Of a DNA stretch of 64,000 nt, positions 42,776 to 54,300 are shown in pieces. The DNA comes from Bacteroidales bacterium. GTDB lineage: Bacteria; Bacteroidota; Bacteroidia; Bacteroidales; JAADJA01. Every line of letters begins with the position of its first letter. Within the stretch, counting starts at the first letter, position 1. A model generated the notes under the pieces. That model ran no database searches. It had not been told where the DNA came from and was given only the letters and a program-made list of their open reading frames with translations. The stretch is taken from contig JADHVR010000002.1 in NCBI GenBank assembly GCA_016783885.1, positions 3,628 to 67,627 of the forward strand, written 5' to 3'. The translations under genes were made by a program, and so were the position numbers.

Positions 42776-45700
42776 GTGAAAAATATTTATTTAAATAGAA
42801 CTGTATTAATAATATTTTCAATTTTAATCCTGAACTGTCTTCCGGCAATTCATGCCCAGGAATTTGAAAACGTTAAGTTTGATCGGTTAAAATCTGAAAA
42901 TGTCAAGCTAATTAAAGGGTTGTCACAAAACTGGATTTATACCATTCTTCAGGACAGATATGGCTATATGTGGTTTGGAACATGGGATGGATTGAATAAA
43001 TATGATGGCTATAATTTTACTATTTACAATGTTGATGAAGGACTTAGCGATCATATCGTTTATTCTCTGCTTGAAGATGATGAAGGAATATTATGGGTAG
43101 GTACTGATAAAGGATTTAATAAGTTTGATAGAAACACTCAGACATTTAAACAATATATACATCATCCGGGCGATACAACAAGTTTATTTCACAGTCGTGT
43201 AAATGATATAATTCAGGCGAGCGATGGTTCGATTTGGCTGGGAACCGGAGGAGGTTTGATTAAATTTGATAAAAAAACGGAATCGCTAACATCTTTCTTA
43301 TCCACGCATCAGGAATATTTTAGCCCGCGAAGTAATTTTATTATCGATCTTTTCCAGGATAGCGATGGAAAAATTTGGGTATCCACCACCTATGGCTTGG
43401 TGAAATTCGATCCGAAAACAGGAAAATCAACAAGGTACTACCATATACCCGGTGATTCAACCAGTTTAAGTAATAATAATATCCGTTATGTTATTCAGGA
43501 AAGATCAGGTAACTTTTGGATAGGAACAAGAGATGGTTTGAATTATTTCGATACAACATCTCAAAAAATTAAACAATATTTCAATGAGCCGGAAAATCAA
43601 TACAGTTTGGGCAACAACTCGGTTATGACAATATATGAAGACAGATCGGGAGACATTTGGATTGGTACGGATGGGGGCGGATTGAACTATTATGAAAGAG
43701 AGAACGACAGATTCATCAGGTATCAGAATATTCTCAACGACAAAAGCAGCCTAAGCAACAACAAAGTATATTCAATTTTTGAGGACAAATCAGGGAATCT
43801 TTGGGTTGGAACTTACAAGGGAGTTAATAAGATAAATAAGTATTATAATGATTTCAAGCATTGCCGGCGCACAACACACGATAATCAAAGCCTGAACAGT
43901 AATATTATATGGTCTTTTCTTGAAGATAAAGATGAAAATTTATGGATAGGAACTGACAATGGAATAAATATTAAGAATCTGCAAACCGGAAGATTCACTT
44001 ATATTACCCATGACCCTTCTAATCCCAATTCTCCGTCAAATAATGATATCAGAACTATGATTTATACACCGGAGCTTAATTGTATTTGGCTGGGTATTTG
44101 GGTTACAGGGGTGGATAAATATGATCCCCTAACTAATAAATTTACACATTATCAGAATAATCCTAACAGAAACAGCCTTAGCAGTGATTATGCCAATGAT
44201 ATAATACAGGATAATGATAGTATTATCTGGATAGCAACCGGAAGAGGTTTGAACAGATTTGATCCGGGCACTAACTCTTTTGAAGTTTTTTTTCACGATC
44301 CTGAAAATAAAAATAGTCTTAGTAATGATATCATTATATGCTTAAGTGAAGACAGCAAGGGAAATCTGTGGGTTGGTACCGACGGTGGTTTAAACAAATA
44401 TATTAAATCAGAGAATAAATTTATCAGGTTTTTGCATGATCCTGAAAATGAAAATAGTTTGAGCAATAACTCGATTTTTTATATTTATGAAGACAGAACC
44501 GGAAAAATATGGGTTGGCACATCGGGCGGAGGTATTAATAAATTTAATTCTGAAACAGGAGAATTCAGAGCTTATACTACGGAGGACGGTTTGCCTAACA
44601 ATATCATATACGGAATACTTGAAGACGATGAGGGCAATTTATGGCTAAGCACTAACCTGGGTTTATCAAAGTTTTATGTGATAAGCGAAAGATTTGTTAA
44701 TTATGACATAAAAGACGGGATACAGAGCAATGAATTTAATTTGGGCGCTTGTTACAAAGATAAAAAAGGTAAAATGTACTTTGGCGGGATGAATGGGTAC
44801 AATGTTTTTGATCCGGACGAAATAAAATACAATCCTAATAAACCGGTAGTTATCGTTTCCGCTTTCAGAAAATTTAACGAAATTCAGCCTGAAGAATATT
44901 TTGACGGTGATACGATCCGCCTTAGTTATGATGATAACTTCTTTTCGTTTGAGGTATCGGCGCTGGATTATACAAACCCATCTAAAAACAAATACAGGTA
45001 CAAACTCGAAAATGTGGACAAGGACTGGGTATATACCGATGCAGACAATCGCCTGGCGGAGTATAAAAAGGTCAGTCCGGGTACTTACATTTTCAAAACT
45101 AACGGGTCTAATAATGATGGAATCTGGAATGATAACGGGATTTCTTTAACTGTCATTATAACACCTCCCTGGTGGGATACCTGGTTTTTCAGAATTCCAA
45201 TAGCTTTATTAATTATTATTACGATCTGGATAATAATTTACCGGAGAGTTAAAAGAATAAGAAAAAAACATGAGGTTGAAAAAAAGATACTTGAAATTGA
45301 AAAACAAATGTTTGATCTCGAACAGAAAGCATTAAGATTGCAAATGAACCCTCATTTTATTTTCAACTCGCTCAATTCGATTCAAAGTTATATATTAACT
45401 CACGATACTGAAAAGGCTGTTAATTACCTTGGGAAGTTTTCACAACTCATGCGCCTTATCCTATCCAATTCGGCAATTAAACACATACCGCTAAAAGAAG
45501 AATTAAAAGCCATCAGGTATTATCTTGATCTGGAGAAATTAAGATTTGAAAACAAATTTGATTATGAAATTACTCTCGATACGGAAATTGATGAGGAGTT
45601 CATCGAAATTCCGCCTATGGTTATTCAGCCATATATCGAAAATGCCATTATTCACGGATTAATACATAAGCCTTCCAATGGTAAAATCGAGATAGATTTT

Positions 45701-45952
45701 AAATTGAATAATGGTTTAATAATATGTACGGTACAGGATAATGGCATCGGTCGTAAAAAAGCAATGCAAATAAAAAAAGAGTCCGGAATTAAAAAAAGGT
45801 CGAGAGGTATGCTTATTACAAAAGCAAGACTCGAAATACTGAACAGGCAAAGCAATGATGAATATTCAGTAAAGGTTTTTGATTTGAAAGACAAAAATGG
45901 TAATGCTTCAGGAACTAAAGTGCAGCTTATTATCCATTACAAGCAAGAGTAA
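42776..45952 (+). CDS. Propeller-sensor (Reg_prop repeats + Y_Y_Y) LytS-type histidine kinase
   Basis: Many two-component-regulator-propeller repeats (WFGTWDGLNKYD, LWVGTDKGFNKFD, IWLGTGGGLIKFD, IWVSTTYGLVKFD ...). Y_Y_Y-like region (YRYKLENVDKDWVY). TM segment (IPIALLIIITIWIIIY). LRLQMNPHFIFNSLNSIQSYI. IPPMVIQPYIENAIIHG and QDNGIG. Possible GTG start at 42776; the track start 42710 overlaps the previous ORF. Confidence 0.9.
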   Translation: MKNIYLNRTVLIIFSILILNCLPAIHAQEFENVKFDRLKSENVKLIKGLSQNWIYTILQDRYGYMWFGTWDGLNKYDGYNFTIYNVDEGLSDHIVYSLLEDDEGILWVGTDKGFNKFDRNTQTFKQYIHHPGDTTSLFHSRVNDIIQASDGSIWLGTGGGLIKFDKKTESLTSFLSTHQEYFSPRSNFIIDLFQDSDGKIWVSTTYGLVKFDPKTGKSTRYYHIPGDSTSLSNNNIRYVIQERSGNFWIGTRDGLNYFDTTSQKIKQYFNEPENQYSLGNNSVMTIYEDRSGDIWIGTDGGGLNYYERENDRFIRYQNILNDKSSLSNNKVYSIFEDKSGNLWVGTYKGVNKINKYYNDFKHCRRTTHDNQSLNSNIIWSFLEDKDENLWIGTDNGINIKNLQTGRFTYITHDPSNPNSPSNNDIRTMIYTPELNCIWLGIWVTGVDKYDPLTNKFTHYQNNPNRNSLSSDYANDIIQDNDSIIWIATGRGLNRFDPGTNSFEVFFHDPENKNSLSNDIIICLSEDSKGNLWVGTDGGLNKYIKSENKFIRFLHDPENENSLSNNSIFYIYEDRTGKIWVGTSGGGINKFNSETGEFRAYTTEDGLPNNIIYGILEDDEGNLWLSTNLGLSKFYVISERFVNYDIKDGIQSNEFNLGACYKDKKGKMYFGGMNGYNVFDPDEIKYNPNKPVVIVSAFRKFNEIQPEEYFDGDTIRLSYDDNFFSFEVSALDYTNPSKNKYRYKLENVDKDWVYTDADNRLAEYKKVSPGTYIFKTNGSNNDGIWNDNGISLTVIITPPWWDTWFFRIPIALLIIITIWIIIYRRVKRIRKKHEVEKKILEIEKQMFDLEQKALRLQMNPHFIFNSLNSIQSYILTHDTEKAVNYLGKFSQLMRLILSNSAIKHIPLKEELKAIRYYLDLEKLRFENKFDYEITLDTEIDEEFIEIPPMVIQPYIENAIIHGLIHKPSNGKIEIDFKLNNGLIICTVQDNGIGRKKAMQIKKESGIKKRSRGMLITKARLEILNRQSNDEYSVKVFDLKDKNGNASGTKVQLIIHYKQE

Positions 45953-46043
45953 TTTTGTGTTTATGTGTTAATGTTTTTTTCTCTCATTGAGAGAGATTAT
46001 TGATATTTTTGAATTTAATATTCATACAAATAAATTAAATGTT

Positions 46044-46793
46044 ATGTTAAAAGCAGTAATAGTTGAAGATGAAAAGCGTTCGAGGGAAACCCTAACAGGG
46101 TTGCTGAAGCTTTATTGTAAAAATGTGGAAGTTGTTGCCGAGGCTGACGGTGTTCAGAACGGTATAAAAGCAATTAAAAAACAGAAGCCTGATGTGGTTT
46201 TCCTGGATATTCAAATGCCTGACGGAAGCGGATTTAAAATGCTTGAATTAATTGATGATATAGATTTTGATGTGATTTTTACTACTGCTTACGACCAGTT
46301 TGCAATAAAGGCAATTAAATTCAGCGCACTCGATTATTTATTAAAACCCATTTTCCCTGAAGACCTTATAAAAGCTGTGAAAAAAGCTGAGGAGAAAAAA
46401 ACAACTCAAAAAGCAAAAGTAAATATTGATGTTTTACTCGAAAACATTAAAAAACCAAAAGATGAATCGCCTAAAATTGTTCTTTCAACTTCCGGAGAAA
46501 TGCATATAATTAAAATCGAAAATATTATAAGATGTGAATCTGATAACTATTATACCTTATTTTATTTTAATGATGGGAAAAAACTGCTTGTTTCAAAAAC
46601 GCTGAAGGAAAATGAAGAATTATTAAGCGAATATAATTTTATTCGTCCGCATAAGTCTCATTTGGTAAATGTAATATATATTAAGAGTTTTTTAAAAAGT
46701 GAAGGCGGATTAATATTGATGACTGATGGCAGTAAAGTTCCTGTGTCGAGGAGGAAAAGAGAAAAAATTGTTGAAATACTAAGCAACCTGTGA
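46044..46793 (+). CDS. LytTR-family response regulator (REC + LytTR DNA-binding domain)
   Basis: MLKAVIVEDE..., DVVFLDIQMPDGSGF and LLKP form the REC domain. The C-terminal part IIKIENIIRCESDNYYTLFYFNDGKKLLVSKTLKENEELL...FIRPHKSHLVN...VPVSRRKREK is the LytTR domain. ATG 46044 is preferred over the track start 45987. Confidence 0.9.
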   Translation: MLKAVIVEDEKRSRETLTGLLKLYCKNVEVVAEADGVQNGIKAIKKQKPDVVFLDIQMPDGSGFKMLELIDDIDFDVIFTTAYDQFAIKAIKFSALDYLLKPIFPEDLIKAVKKAEEKKTTQKAKVNIDVLLENIKKPKDESPKIVLSTSGEMHIIKIENIIRCESDNYYTLFYFNDGKKLLVSKTLKENEELLSEYNFIRPHKSHLVNVIYIKSFLKSEGGLILMTDGSKVPVSRRKREKIVEILSNL

Positions 46794-46855
46794 TAAATTG
46801 CTGAATTGCTGAATTGTTATGATGCGAATGAAATATAGCTGAAATAAAAATAGAA

Positions 46856-46936
46856 AATAGTCAATATAAAAATATTCAATAGTCAATCATTAATTTTTTA
46901 CCGAAAACTTATTTTATTCTACCGAAAACTTATTTT
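46856..46936 (+). promoter_or_regulatory. Two pairs of phased direct repeats, a candidate LytTR operator/promoter region
   Basis: AATAGTCAAT at 46856-46865 and 46878-46887 (22-bp phase). TACCGAAAACTTATTTT at 46899-46915 and 46920-46936 (21-bp phase). Lies between the LytTR regulator stop (46793) and the next operon start (47006). Binding is inferred, not shown. Confidence 0.35.
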
Positions 46937-47005
46937 CTCTTTTTTTTCACAAATATTATATTATATTTACGCACGATTTTAAAATATGTTAACTGATTAG
47001 CTTTT

Positions 47006-47446
47006 ATGGAAGAATTTTTACCTATAATAATCGGGATTATTTGGCTGGCTTACACAATATATAGTAAAGGGCAGAAGAAAAAACTTGCTAAAAGTCCCCA
47101 GCCTTCCGGGAAAAAAGAAAAACCGGCTACTTCCTTTTTAGAACAAATATTATTAGGAGAAGAAGCCCCACATCCTCAACCGTATGAATCATTTATTGAA
47201 CCAATTGAAAAAGAACCCGAAAGAGTTGAGGTTTATGAGGAGGAGGATACAAAACAGGAACCCCAGCCATTTTTACGCGAAGAACTATCGGACTTTCTGC
47301 AGGAAGGACAAGCGGTAAGTTTTAAGAAGGAGGATTTAGCGTATATCGATATTGAAGAAAAATCAGAAATCAGAAAATACATAGAGGATTTTAATTTGAG
47401 AAAAGCAGTTATATATTCAGAAATTTTAAATGCTCCTTATATCTAA
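47006..47446 (+). CDS. Small single-pass membrane protein with acidic linker (hypothetical)
   Basis: 146 aa. N-terminal TM segment FLPIIIGIIWLAYTIY, a Glu/Pro-rich middle, and the C-terminal motif FNLRKAVIYSEILNAPYI. Confidence 0.6.
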   Translation: MEEFLPIIIGIIWLAYTIYSKGQKKKLAKSPQPSGKKEKPATSFLEQILLGEEAPHPQPYESFIEPIEKEPERVEVYEEEDTKQEPQPFLREELSDFLQEGQAVSFKKEDLAYIDIEEKSEIRKYIEDFNLRKAVIYSEILNAPYI

Positions 47447-47588
47447 TCAATATAAGCAATATTTAGTACAAATGGATGTGAATTTAAAGTATTGGGATAA
47501 AAAAAATTTTGGAGATTACATTTTTTTATTATTAACTTTACCCCCTTTTTTAAAGCACAGTGTATAATCTAACATAAAATTATATGGT

Positions 47589-50500
47589 ATGTTAAAAAAT
47601 TTACTATTAACAATTGGGTTTATTTTAACCGCTAATCTGTTAGTCTTTTCACAATCCGGGACACTTAAGGGTAAGATTGTTGATAAAGAAACCAGAGAGC
47701 CTGTTCCTTTTGCAAATATTATTCTTGAATTGGGCGGAACGCTGATAGGCGGTGCAACTTCCGATTTTGAGGGAAATTATATTATAAAACCAATCCCTCC
47801 CGGAACTTACGATCTTAAAGCAACTTATGTGGGCTATAAAACGGTTTTGGTGAGAGGCGTGATTATCAATCCCGATCAGATCCGTTTCTATGATATAGAA
47901 ATGGAATCTACGGTAGCGCAACTCGAAGAGATCGTTGTTACCGATTATAAGATACCTCTTATTAACAAGGATGAAACGGTATCAGGAGGTACCGTAACGG
48001 CAGAAGAAATTAAGAAAATGCCTAACAGGAATGCAAATTCAATTGCTACCAGTGTAGGAGGTGTGTTCTCTGCTGACGGTGAAAGAGGAAGTGTCAGGGG
48101 CGCACGATCCGATCAAACAGTTATGTATATTGATGGAATTAAAGTGTTAGGTTCGTCCACCCTGCCTCAATCCGCTATTGAACAGGTGTCTGTTTACCTT
48201 GGTGGTTTGCCGGCACAATATGGTGATGCAAGAGGAGGTATTATCAATGTAACTACAAAAGGTCCATCACGTAAGTTTGGAGCCGGTGTTGAACTGCAGT
48301 CTTCTAAATTTTTGGATGCATTCGGATACAGCAGACTTGGATTCAGTGTACAAGGTCCGTTAATCAAAGGGAAAAAGGAGAATCAAACATCATTATTAGG
48401 ATATTTTATCTCAGGCGATTTAATTTATCAGGAAGACAGCAGACCAACTGCCCATGGTGTATGGGTGGCAGAGGATGATGTGTTACAAAACCTTGAGGAA
48501 AATCCTCTTCGTCCGACAGGTATGGCTACAGGAGGTACTTTTAGTAATGCCGAATTTGTCAGACAAAGCGATCTGGGAAACCAAAAAGCTACACCAAATA
48601 CAAGCAGGTATGGTATTAACTTATCCGGTAAAATCGATATTAGAACAACAAAATATACTAATCTTACTTTTGGCGGTCAGTATATCTATAATGACGGAAG
48701 GAATTTCAACCTTTATCATTCCATGTTCAATTATGACAGGAATCGTTTATCAATGAACAATACCTGGAGGGTTTTTGGAAAATTTACCCAGAGATTTCCT
48801 TCAAGCAGTGAAAGCGCTTCATTAATAAAAAATGTTTATTATAGCATTCAGGCAGACTATTCTCAGTATCGTACCCGGAATATGGATCCTTATCATAAAG
48901 ATAATCTGTTTGAATATGGTTATCTCGGAAAATATTCTTCATATAAAACCCCAACCTTTGAATTGGGCGATGAAACCATCGGTGATAAAGAATATGAAAA
49001 TGTTTGGCTGTTAAATAGCTGGGATTATGATACAGCTTATATCTTTCAGAAATTTGACTATAATCCTTATGTGGCAAATTATACAAGGCAGATTTACGAA
49101 CTTTATCCACCGGGGTCAATACAAAATTTGGATGAACTGTGGTTAGCAGGAGGTTTGGCTAATGGTCAGGGACCGCCAAATGTATATGGATTGTGGGCAG
49201 CACCCGGTTCTTTACAAACAGGATATGGAGAAAGCAATAATACACAAATATCAATAAATGCTGCTGCTGCTGCCGATATTGGAAATAATGAAATTAAATT
49301 TGGTTTTCAATACGAACAAAGGACGAACAGGGGGTATAGTTATGCAGCAAATGCACTTTGGACTCGGATGAGAGCCTTAACCAATTTTCATATCGGGCAG
49401 TTAGATGTTGATAATCCAATTGCGATATATCAGGACGGTATTTTCATGGATACTATTATATATAATAGAAAATACGACGAATTAACTCAAACAAGCTTTG
49501 ACAAAAATCTCAGGGAAAAGCTCGGACTTGATGAAAAAGGACTTGATTTTATTTTGATTGACTCTTATGATATAGAAAAGAAGTCTATCCAATATTACGA
49601 TAAGGATGGGAATATGCATACAATTAATGTTGGCGAAGATTTATACTCGATTGATATGTTCAGCGCCGATGAATTATTGAATGATGGTCATTATGTCGCT
49701 TATTATTATGGATATGACTATAAAGGAAATAAATTAACGAATAAGCCGAGTTGGGATGATTTTTTTACAAAGAAAGATGAAAACGGAGATTATTTACGAC
49801 CGATGCCGGCTTATGAACCTATTTATATGGCGGGTTATATACAAGACAAATTTGCATTCCGCGACCTTATATTCAATGTCGGTGTTCGTGTAGATCGTTT
49901 TGATGCAAACCAGCCTGTTTTAAAAGACCCGTTTTTATTTTACCCGGCTTATTCGGTTAATGAAGTTGCAGAGGTAGGTGGGAAAACGGTAACTCACCCC
50001 GGAAACATGGGAGCTGATTATATTGTTTACGTTGATAATGTGAACGATCCTACCACAATAACAGGATATAGAAATGAATTTATCTGGTATAACGCTGATG
50101 GTGTTGAAATTCAGGATCCTAATGTGCTTGACGTCGGTTCAGGCGTTTCACCTCTTTTAATTGATCCTGACCAGGAATTCATAAATTACAGCGCATTTAA
50201 GGATTATGAGCCACAGTGGAATGTTATGCCACGGATATCTTTCTCATTTCCTATTTCAGATGAAGCCTTATTCTTTGCCCACTATGACGTATTGACTCAA
50301 AGACCGCTGACTAATGTTGCGGCTGATCCCTCTTCTTATTATTTCATTAATACTATTGGAGGAGTGATTAATAATCCTAACCTGAAACCTACCAAGACAA
50401 TTGACTACGAGTTAGGATTTCAGCAAAAACTAACTAATAAATCTTCATTGAAGCTTACTGCATTTTATCGTGAAATGCGTGATGATATCCAAATATACCG

Positions 50501-51293
50501 GTTTAACGGCGCCTATCCGAGAGATTATACATCTTTTAATAATATTGACTTTGGTACTGTTAAAGGTTTAACCGTAACTTATGACCTGCGACGGTTAAAC
50601 AGTAATACACGAATGATTGCAAGTTATACTTTGCAGTTTGCCGATGGAACAGGTTCGAGCAGTACAACTGCTGCAGCTTTAGTAGCATCGGGTTTACCAA
50701 ACCTTCGTACCACGAATCCGTTAAACTGGGACAGAAGACATAGTTTCAACGTCACTATAGACTACAGGTATGGAGAGGGTAAAGATTATAACGGTCCGAC
50801 AATTACGAGGAAAAAAGGGACTGACAGCGAGAAAGCCATACAGATATTGAAAAATATGGGGGTTAACTTTACAATTACCGGTGGTTCGGGAACTCCATAT
50901 ACTGCCCAGGAAAATATCAGCTCTATAACTACGGGTGCTACACGACTTCTGAAAGGAACTATGAATGGTTCCCGGTTGCCATGGCAATTCAGGGTTGATA
51001 TGAGACTTGATAAGGAATTTTATCTGAAACGGGGAGGCGGTGATAGCAGAACTTATATTAATGTTTATTTACAGGTATTAAATCTCTTTAATACAAAGAA
51101 TATATTAGGAGTTTATCCGGCGACAGGTAATCCTGGTGACGATGGATATCTTGCCGCTGCTGAGTGGCAAAGAGAGATCAACGAACAAATCGATCCGCAA
51201 TCATACCGCGATCTTTATGCCCTAAGAGTAAATAGTCCCTTTAATTATAGCAGTCCGAGGCGAATTCGTCTCGGTATAATGTTTAACTTTTAA
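47589..51293 (+). CDS. TonB-dependent-receptor-like outer-membrane beta-barrel with N-terminal carboxypeptidase-regulatory-like domain
   Basis: 1234 aa with a signal peptide. CarbopepD_reg-like GTLKGKIVDKETREPVPFANIIL...GNYIIKPIPPGTYDLKATYVGYKT. Plug-like region (VRGARSDQTVMYIDGIKV ... GDARGGIINVTTK). Long beta-rich body ending in the aromatic residue ...IRLGIMFNF. No SusD-like gene follows. Confidence 0.75.
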   Translation: MLKNLLLTIGFILTANLLVFSQSGTLKGKIVDKETREPVPFANIILELGGTLIGGATSDFEGNYIIKPIPPGTYDLKATYVGYKTVLVRGVIINPDQIRFYDIEMESTVAQLEEIVVTDYKIPLINKDETVSGGTVTAEEIKKMPNRNANSIATSVGGVFSADGERGSVRGARSDQTVMYIDGIKVLGSSTLPQSAIEQVSVYLGGLPAQYGDARGGIINVTTKGPSRKFGAGVELQSSKFLDAFGYSRLGFSVQGPLIKGKKENQTSLLGYFISGDLIYQEDSRPTAHGVWVAEDDVLQNLEENPLRPTGMATGGTFSNAEFVRQSDLGNQKATPNTSRYGINLSGKIDIRTTKYTNLTFGGQYIYNDGRNFNLYHSMFNYDRNRLSMNNTWRVFGKFTQRFPSSSESASLIKNVYYSIQADYSQYRTRNMDPYHKDNLFEYGYLGKYSSYKTPTFELGDETIGDKEYENVWLLNSWDYDTAYIFQKFDYNPYVANYTRQIYELYPPGSIQNLDELWLAGGLANGQGPPNVYGLWAAPGSLQTGYGESNNTQISINAAAAADIGNNEIKFGFQYEQRTNRGYSYAANALWTRMRALTNFHIGQLDVDNPIAIYQDGIFMDTIIYNRKYDELTQTSFDKNLREKLGLDEKGLDFILIDSYDIEKKSIQYYDKDGNMHTINVGEDLYSIDMFSADELLNDGHYVAYYYGYDYKGNKLTNKPSWDDFFTKKDENGDYLRPMPAYEPIYMAGYIQDKFAFRDLIFNVGVRVDRFDANQPVLKDPFLFYPAYSVNEVAEVGGKTVTHPGNMGADYIVYVDNVNDPTTITGYRNEFIWYNADGVEIQDPNVLDVGSGVSPLLIDPDQEFINYSAFKDYEPQWNVMPRISFSFPISDEALFFAHYDVLTQRPLTNVAADPSSYYFINTIGGVINNPNLKPTKTIDYELGFQQKLTNKSSLKLTAFYREMRDDIQIYRFNGAYPRDYTSFNNIDFGTVKGLTVTYDLRRLNSNTRMIASYTLQFADGTGSSSTTAAALVASGLPNLRTTNPLNWDRRHSFNVTIDYRYGEGKDYNGPTITRKKGTDSEKAIQILKNMGVNFTITGGSGTPYTAQENISSITTGATRLLKGTMNGSRLPWQFRVDMRLDKEFYLKRGGGDSRTYINVYLQVLNLFNTKNILGVYPATGNPGDDGYLAAAEWQREINEQIDPQSYRDLYALRVNSPFNYSSPRRIRLGIMFNF

Positions 51294-51340
51294 TTTATAA
51301 AACATAATTATTTGAATAGAAACTAAAATTATACTAAGTT

Positions 51341-54300
51341 ATGAGAAATATATTCCGAATTCTGTTTATTTCGCTGATCTGTTTAGCTGTTGCCCGCCTG
51401 AGTGTTGCCAGAGAATTCCAGTTCGGCAATTTTAAAAGCACCGAAAGTATAAAATCCACGGCAGCCGGTTGTGGAGCACCGTCAGGATTCAGGTTTTTGC
51501 ATGTAAACAATGTAAGAGCTCGAATTAATACAGGTGGCGACATGTGGTGGGATTTACCGGGCGGTATAGGCGCTCAATATTTTATTCCTGCTAACGGATC
51601 GGCAACATCCTTATTTTCCGGATCATTATGGATCGGTGGCTTGGATATCAATAACCAGCTTAAATTAGCCGGATTAAGATACCGCCAGATCGGACAAGAT
51701 TACTGGACAGGACCCTTAACAATTGATGGTACTGCGGCTATTGATGAAGAAACTTGTTCGGAATGGGATAAGTTCTTTAGGACTACCCGTGCCGAGATTG
51801 ATGAATTCATCGATTGGTTTAACAGCGACAACAGGGCTGAAGATTTCCCCGGCTATTCAATACCCAATTCTATTCTCGATTATCCGGCTCATGGTGATAT
51901 TTCAAAAGGACAAAGTTATTATTTAGCGCCTTTTAAGGATGTTGATGGCGATGGTGATTATGACCCGGGCAGCGGTGACTATCCTTATTATGATATCACT
52001 AACGAGCTGTGTCCGCTTAATTATGCAGGCGATCCTAATTATGTTCCCACACCTACCATGGAGACAGAACTTTATTATCCTGATTATTTTGGCGGGATAC
52101 TCGTTGACCAGGTATTAAAAGGTGATGAAAACCTGTGGTGGATCTTTAATGATAAAGGGAATTTCCACACGGAAACCAACGGTGCTGCAATTGGTATGGA
52201 AATTCGTGCACAGGCATTCGGATTTGCAACCAATGATGAAATTAATAACATGACATTTTATAGTTATGAAATAATAAACCGTTCAACTTATGTATTAACT
52301 CAAACTTATTTTAGTCCGTGGGTTGATACCGACCTTGGTTATGCATGGGACGACTATGTGGGTTGTGATGTTAACAGGGGTCTGGGTTATTGTTATAACG
52401 GTACACCTGTTGATGGAGGAGGAGAGCCTGAAGCTTATGGTGAGCAGCCTCCTGCCATTGGCGTTGACTTCTTCCAGGGACCTTACATCGACCCGGATAC
52501 GTGCGATAACCCGGCTTTTTATGGTGATGGTCTTTTAGGACCTTCTTTCGATGGTGATTGTAGCATTGTTAGTTTTCATGGTACAGAGATAACTATGGAA
52601 TACGGTCCGTCTGACAGTATTCAGACAGGATTGTACAAAGTAAGATCCGAGGCTATTAACGGAGTTAACTTTGGAAACGGCATTGTTGATGATGAACGCT
52701 TTGGAATGAGGAGGTTCGTATATCATAATAATTCAGGCGGTCCTCAGGGAGACCCGGGAATTGCACCGGAATATTATAACTATTTAAGAGGATTTTGGAA
52801 AGATAATTCAAGGATGCTTTATGGAGGAAATGCACACCTTAATTCGGGCGCCTTAGGACCCGAATGTGATTTTATGTTCCCCGGAGATACCGATCCTTGT
52901 AACTGGGGTACGGCTGGTATTCCTCCTAACGGAGGTTTTAATCAAAACGGTTATTACTGGACCGAAGAAGTTACAGGAAACAATCCTTTCGACAGACGAT
53001 TTATGCAATCTGCCGGTCCGTTTACATTGCAACCGGGAGCTGTTAATTATATTACAGTCGGCATGCCATGGGCAAGAGCAATTGCAGGAGGTCCGTGGGC
53101 ATCTGTTGAATTACTTCGTGTAGTTGATGATAAATGCCAGGCGCTTTTTGATAATTGTTTTAAAGTTATTAATGGTCCCAATGCACCGGATTTAACTTTC
53201 CAGGAACTTGACAAGGAGCTAATAGTATATATTACGAACAGCAAAATATCTAATAATTATATAGAATCTTATAAGGAACTTGATCCACAGATCAAGGCTC
53301 AAACTCCTGACTCTTTGATCGGCACACCGGAGGCGTACGATCCCTATTACTATTTTGAGGGATACCAGATATTCCAGGTAAAGGATGCTACTGTTACATT
53401 ATCTGAAAGCAGACATGATCCTGATAAAGTAAGATTGGTAGCTGAGTTTGATATTAGAAACGGTGTAGGGCAACTTGTTAATTTTTATTTTGATCAGGCA
53501 ATCGGAGCCAATGTTCCGGTTGTTGAAGTTGATGGAGGTGATAACGGAGTTGTTCATTCATTCAGAATATTTGAGGATCAGTTTGCAACAGGAGACAGAA
53601 CGCTTGTTAATCATAAGCAATATTATTATAGTGTTTTGGCTTATGGTTATAATAACTTTAAGGATTATGACCAGACCGATCCTACAGCGCTTGACGGACA
53701 GAAAAAACCTTATCTCGCAGGTCGGAAAAATATCCAGTTATATACTGCCATCCCCCACAAATCTATTAATGGAATTATTATGAATTCGGAATATGGAGAC
53801 GGACCACAAATTACAAGAATCGAAGGACAGGGCAATGGAGGAATGGTATTGGAATTATCAGAGGAAACTATAAAAGAAATTTTAGATCAACCTCCTGCTT
53901 TATCGGTAATTAAAGAAATTACTCCGGCGGGAGATACAATTTATAATAATTATGGTGATCCGGACTATCCATTAGCTTATAACGCTGTTTACAAATATGG
54001 CAATGGCCCGGTAAATATTAAAGTTATTGACCCGTTAAACGTAAAAGGCGCTGACTACAGCCTTAAATTTGATACTGCATTTTTCCATTATACATTTCAC
54101 AAAGTAACAAAAGCTGAAGGAATGCAAAGCGGAGGGGATACTGTTGGGGTAAATGCAACCCGAAAATGGGTATTAACAGATTTGAATACCGGCAATAAAT
54201 ATGTTTCTGATACAAGTACAAATATTAATTACGAACAACTTTTCCCCGAACTCGGTATTTCTATAACATTCGGTCCTGTTTACGAACCCGGTCCATACAA

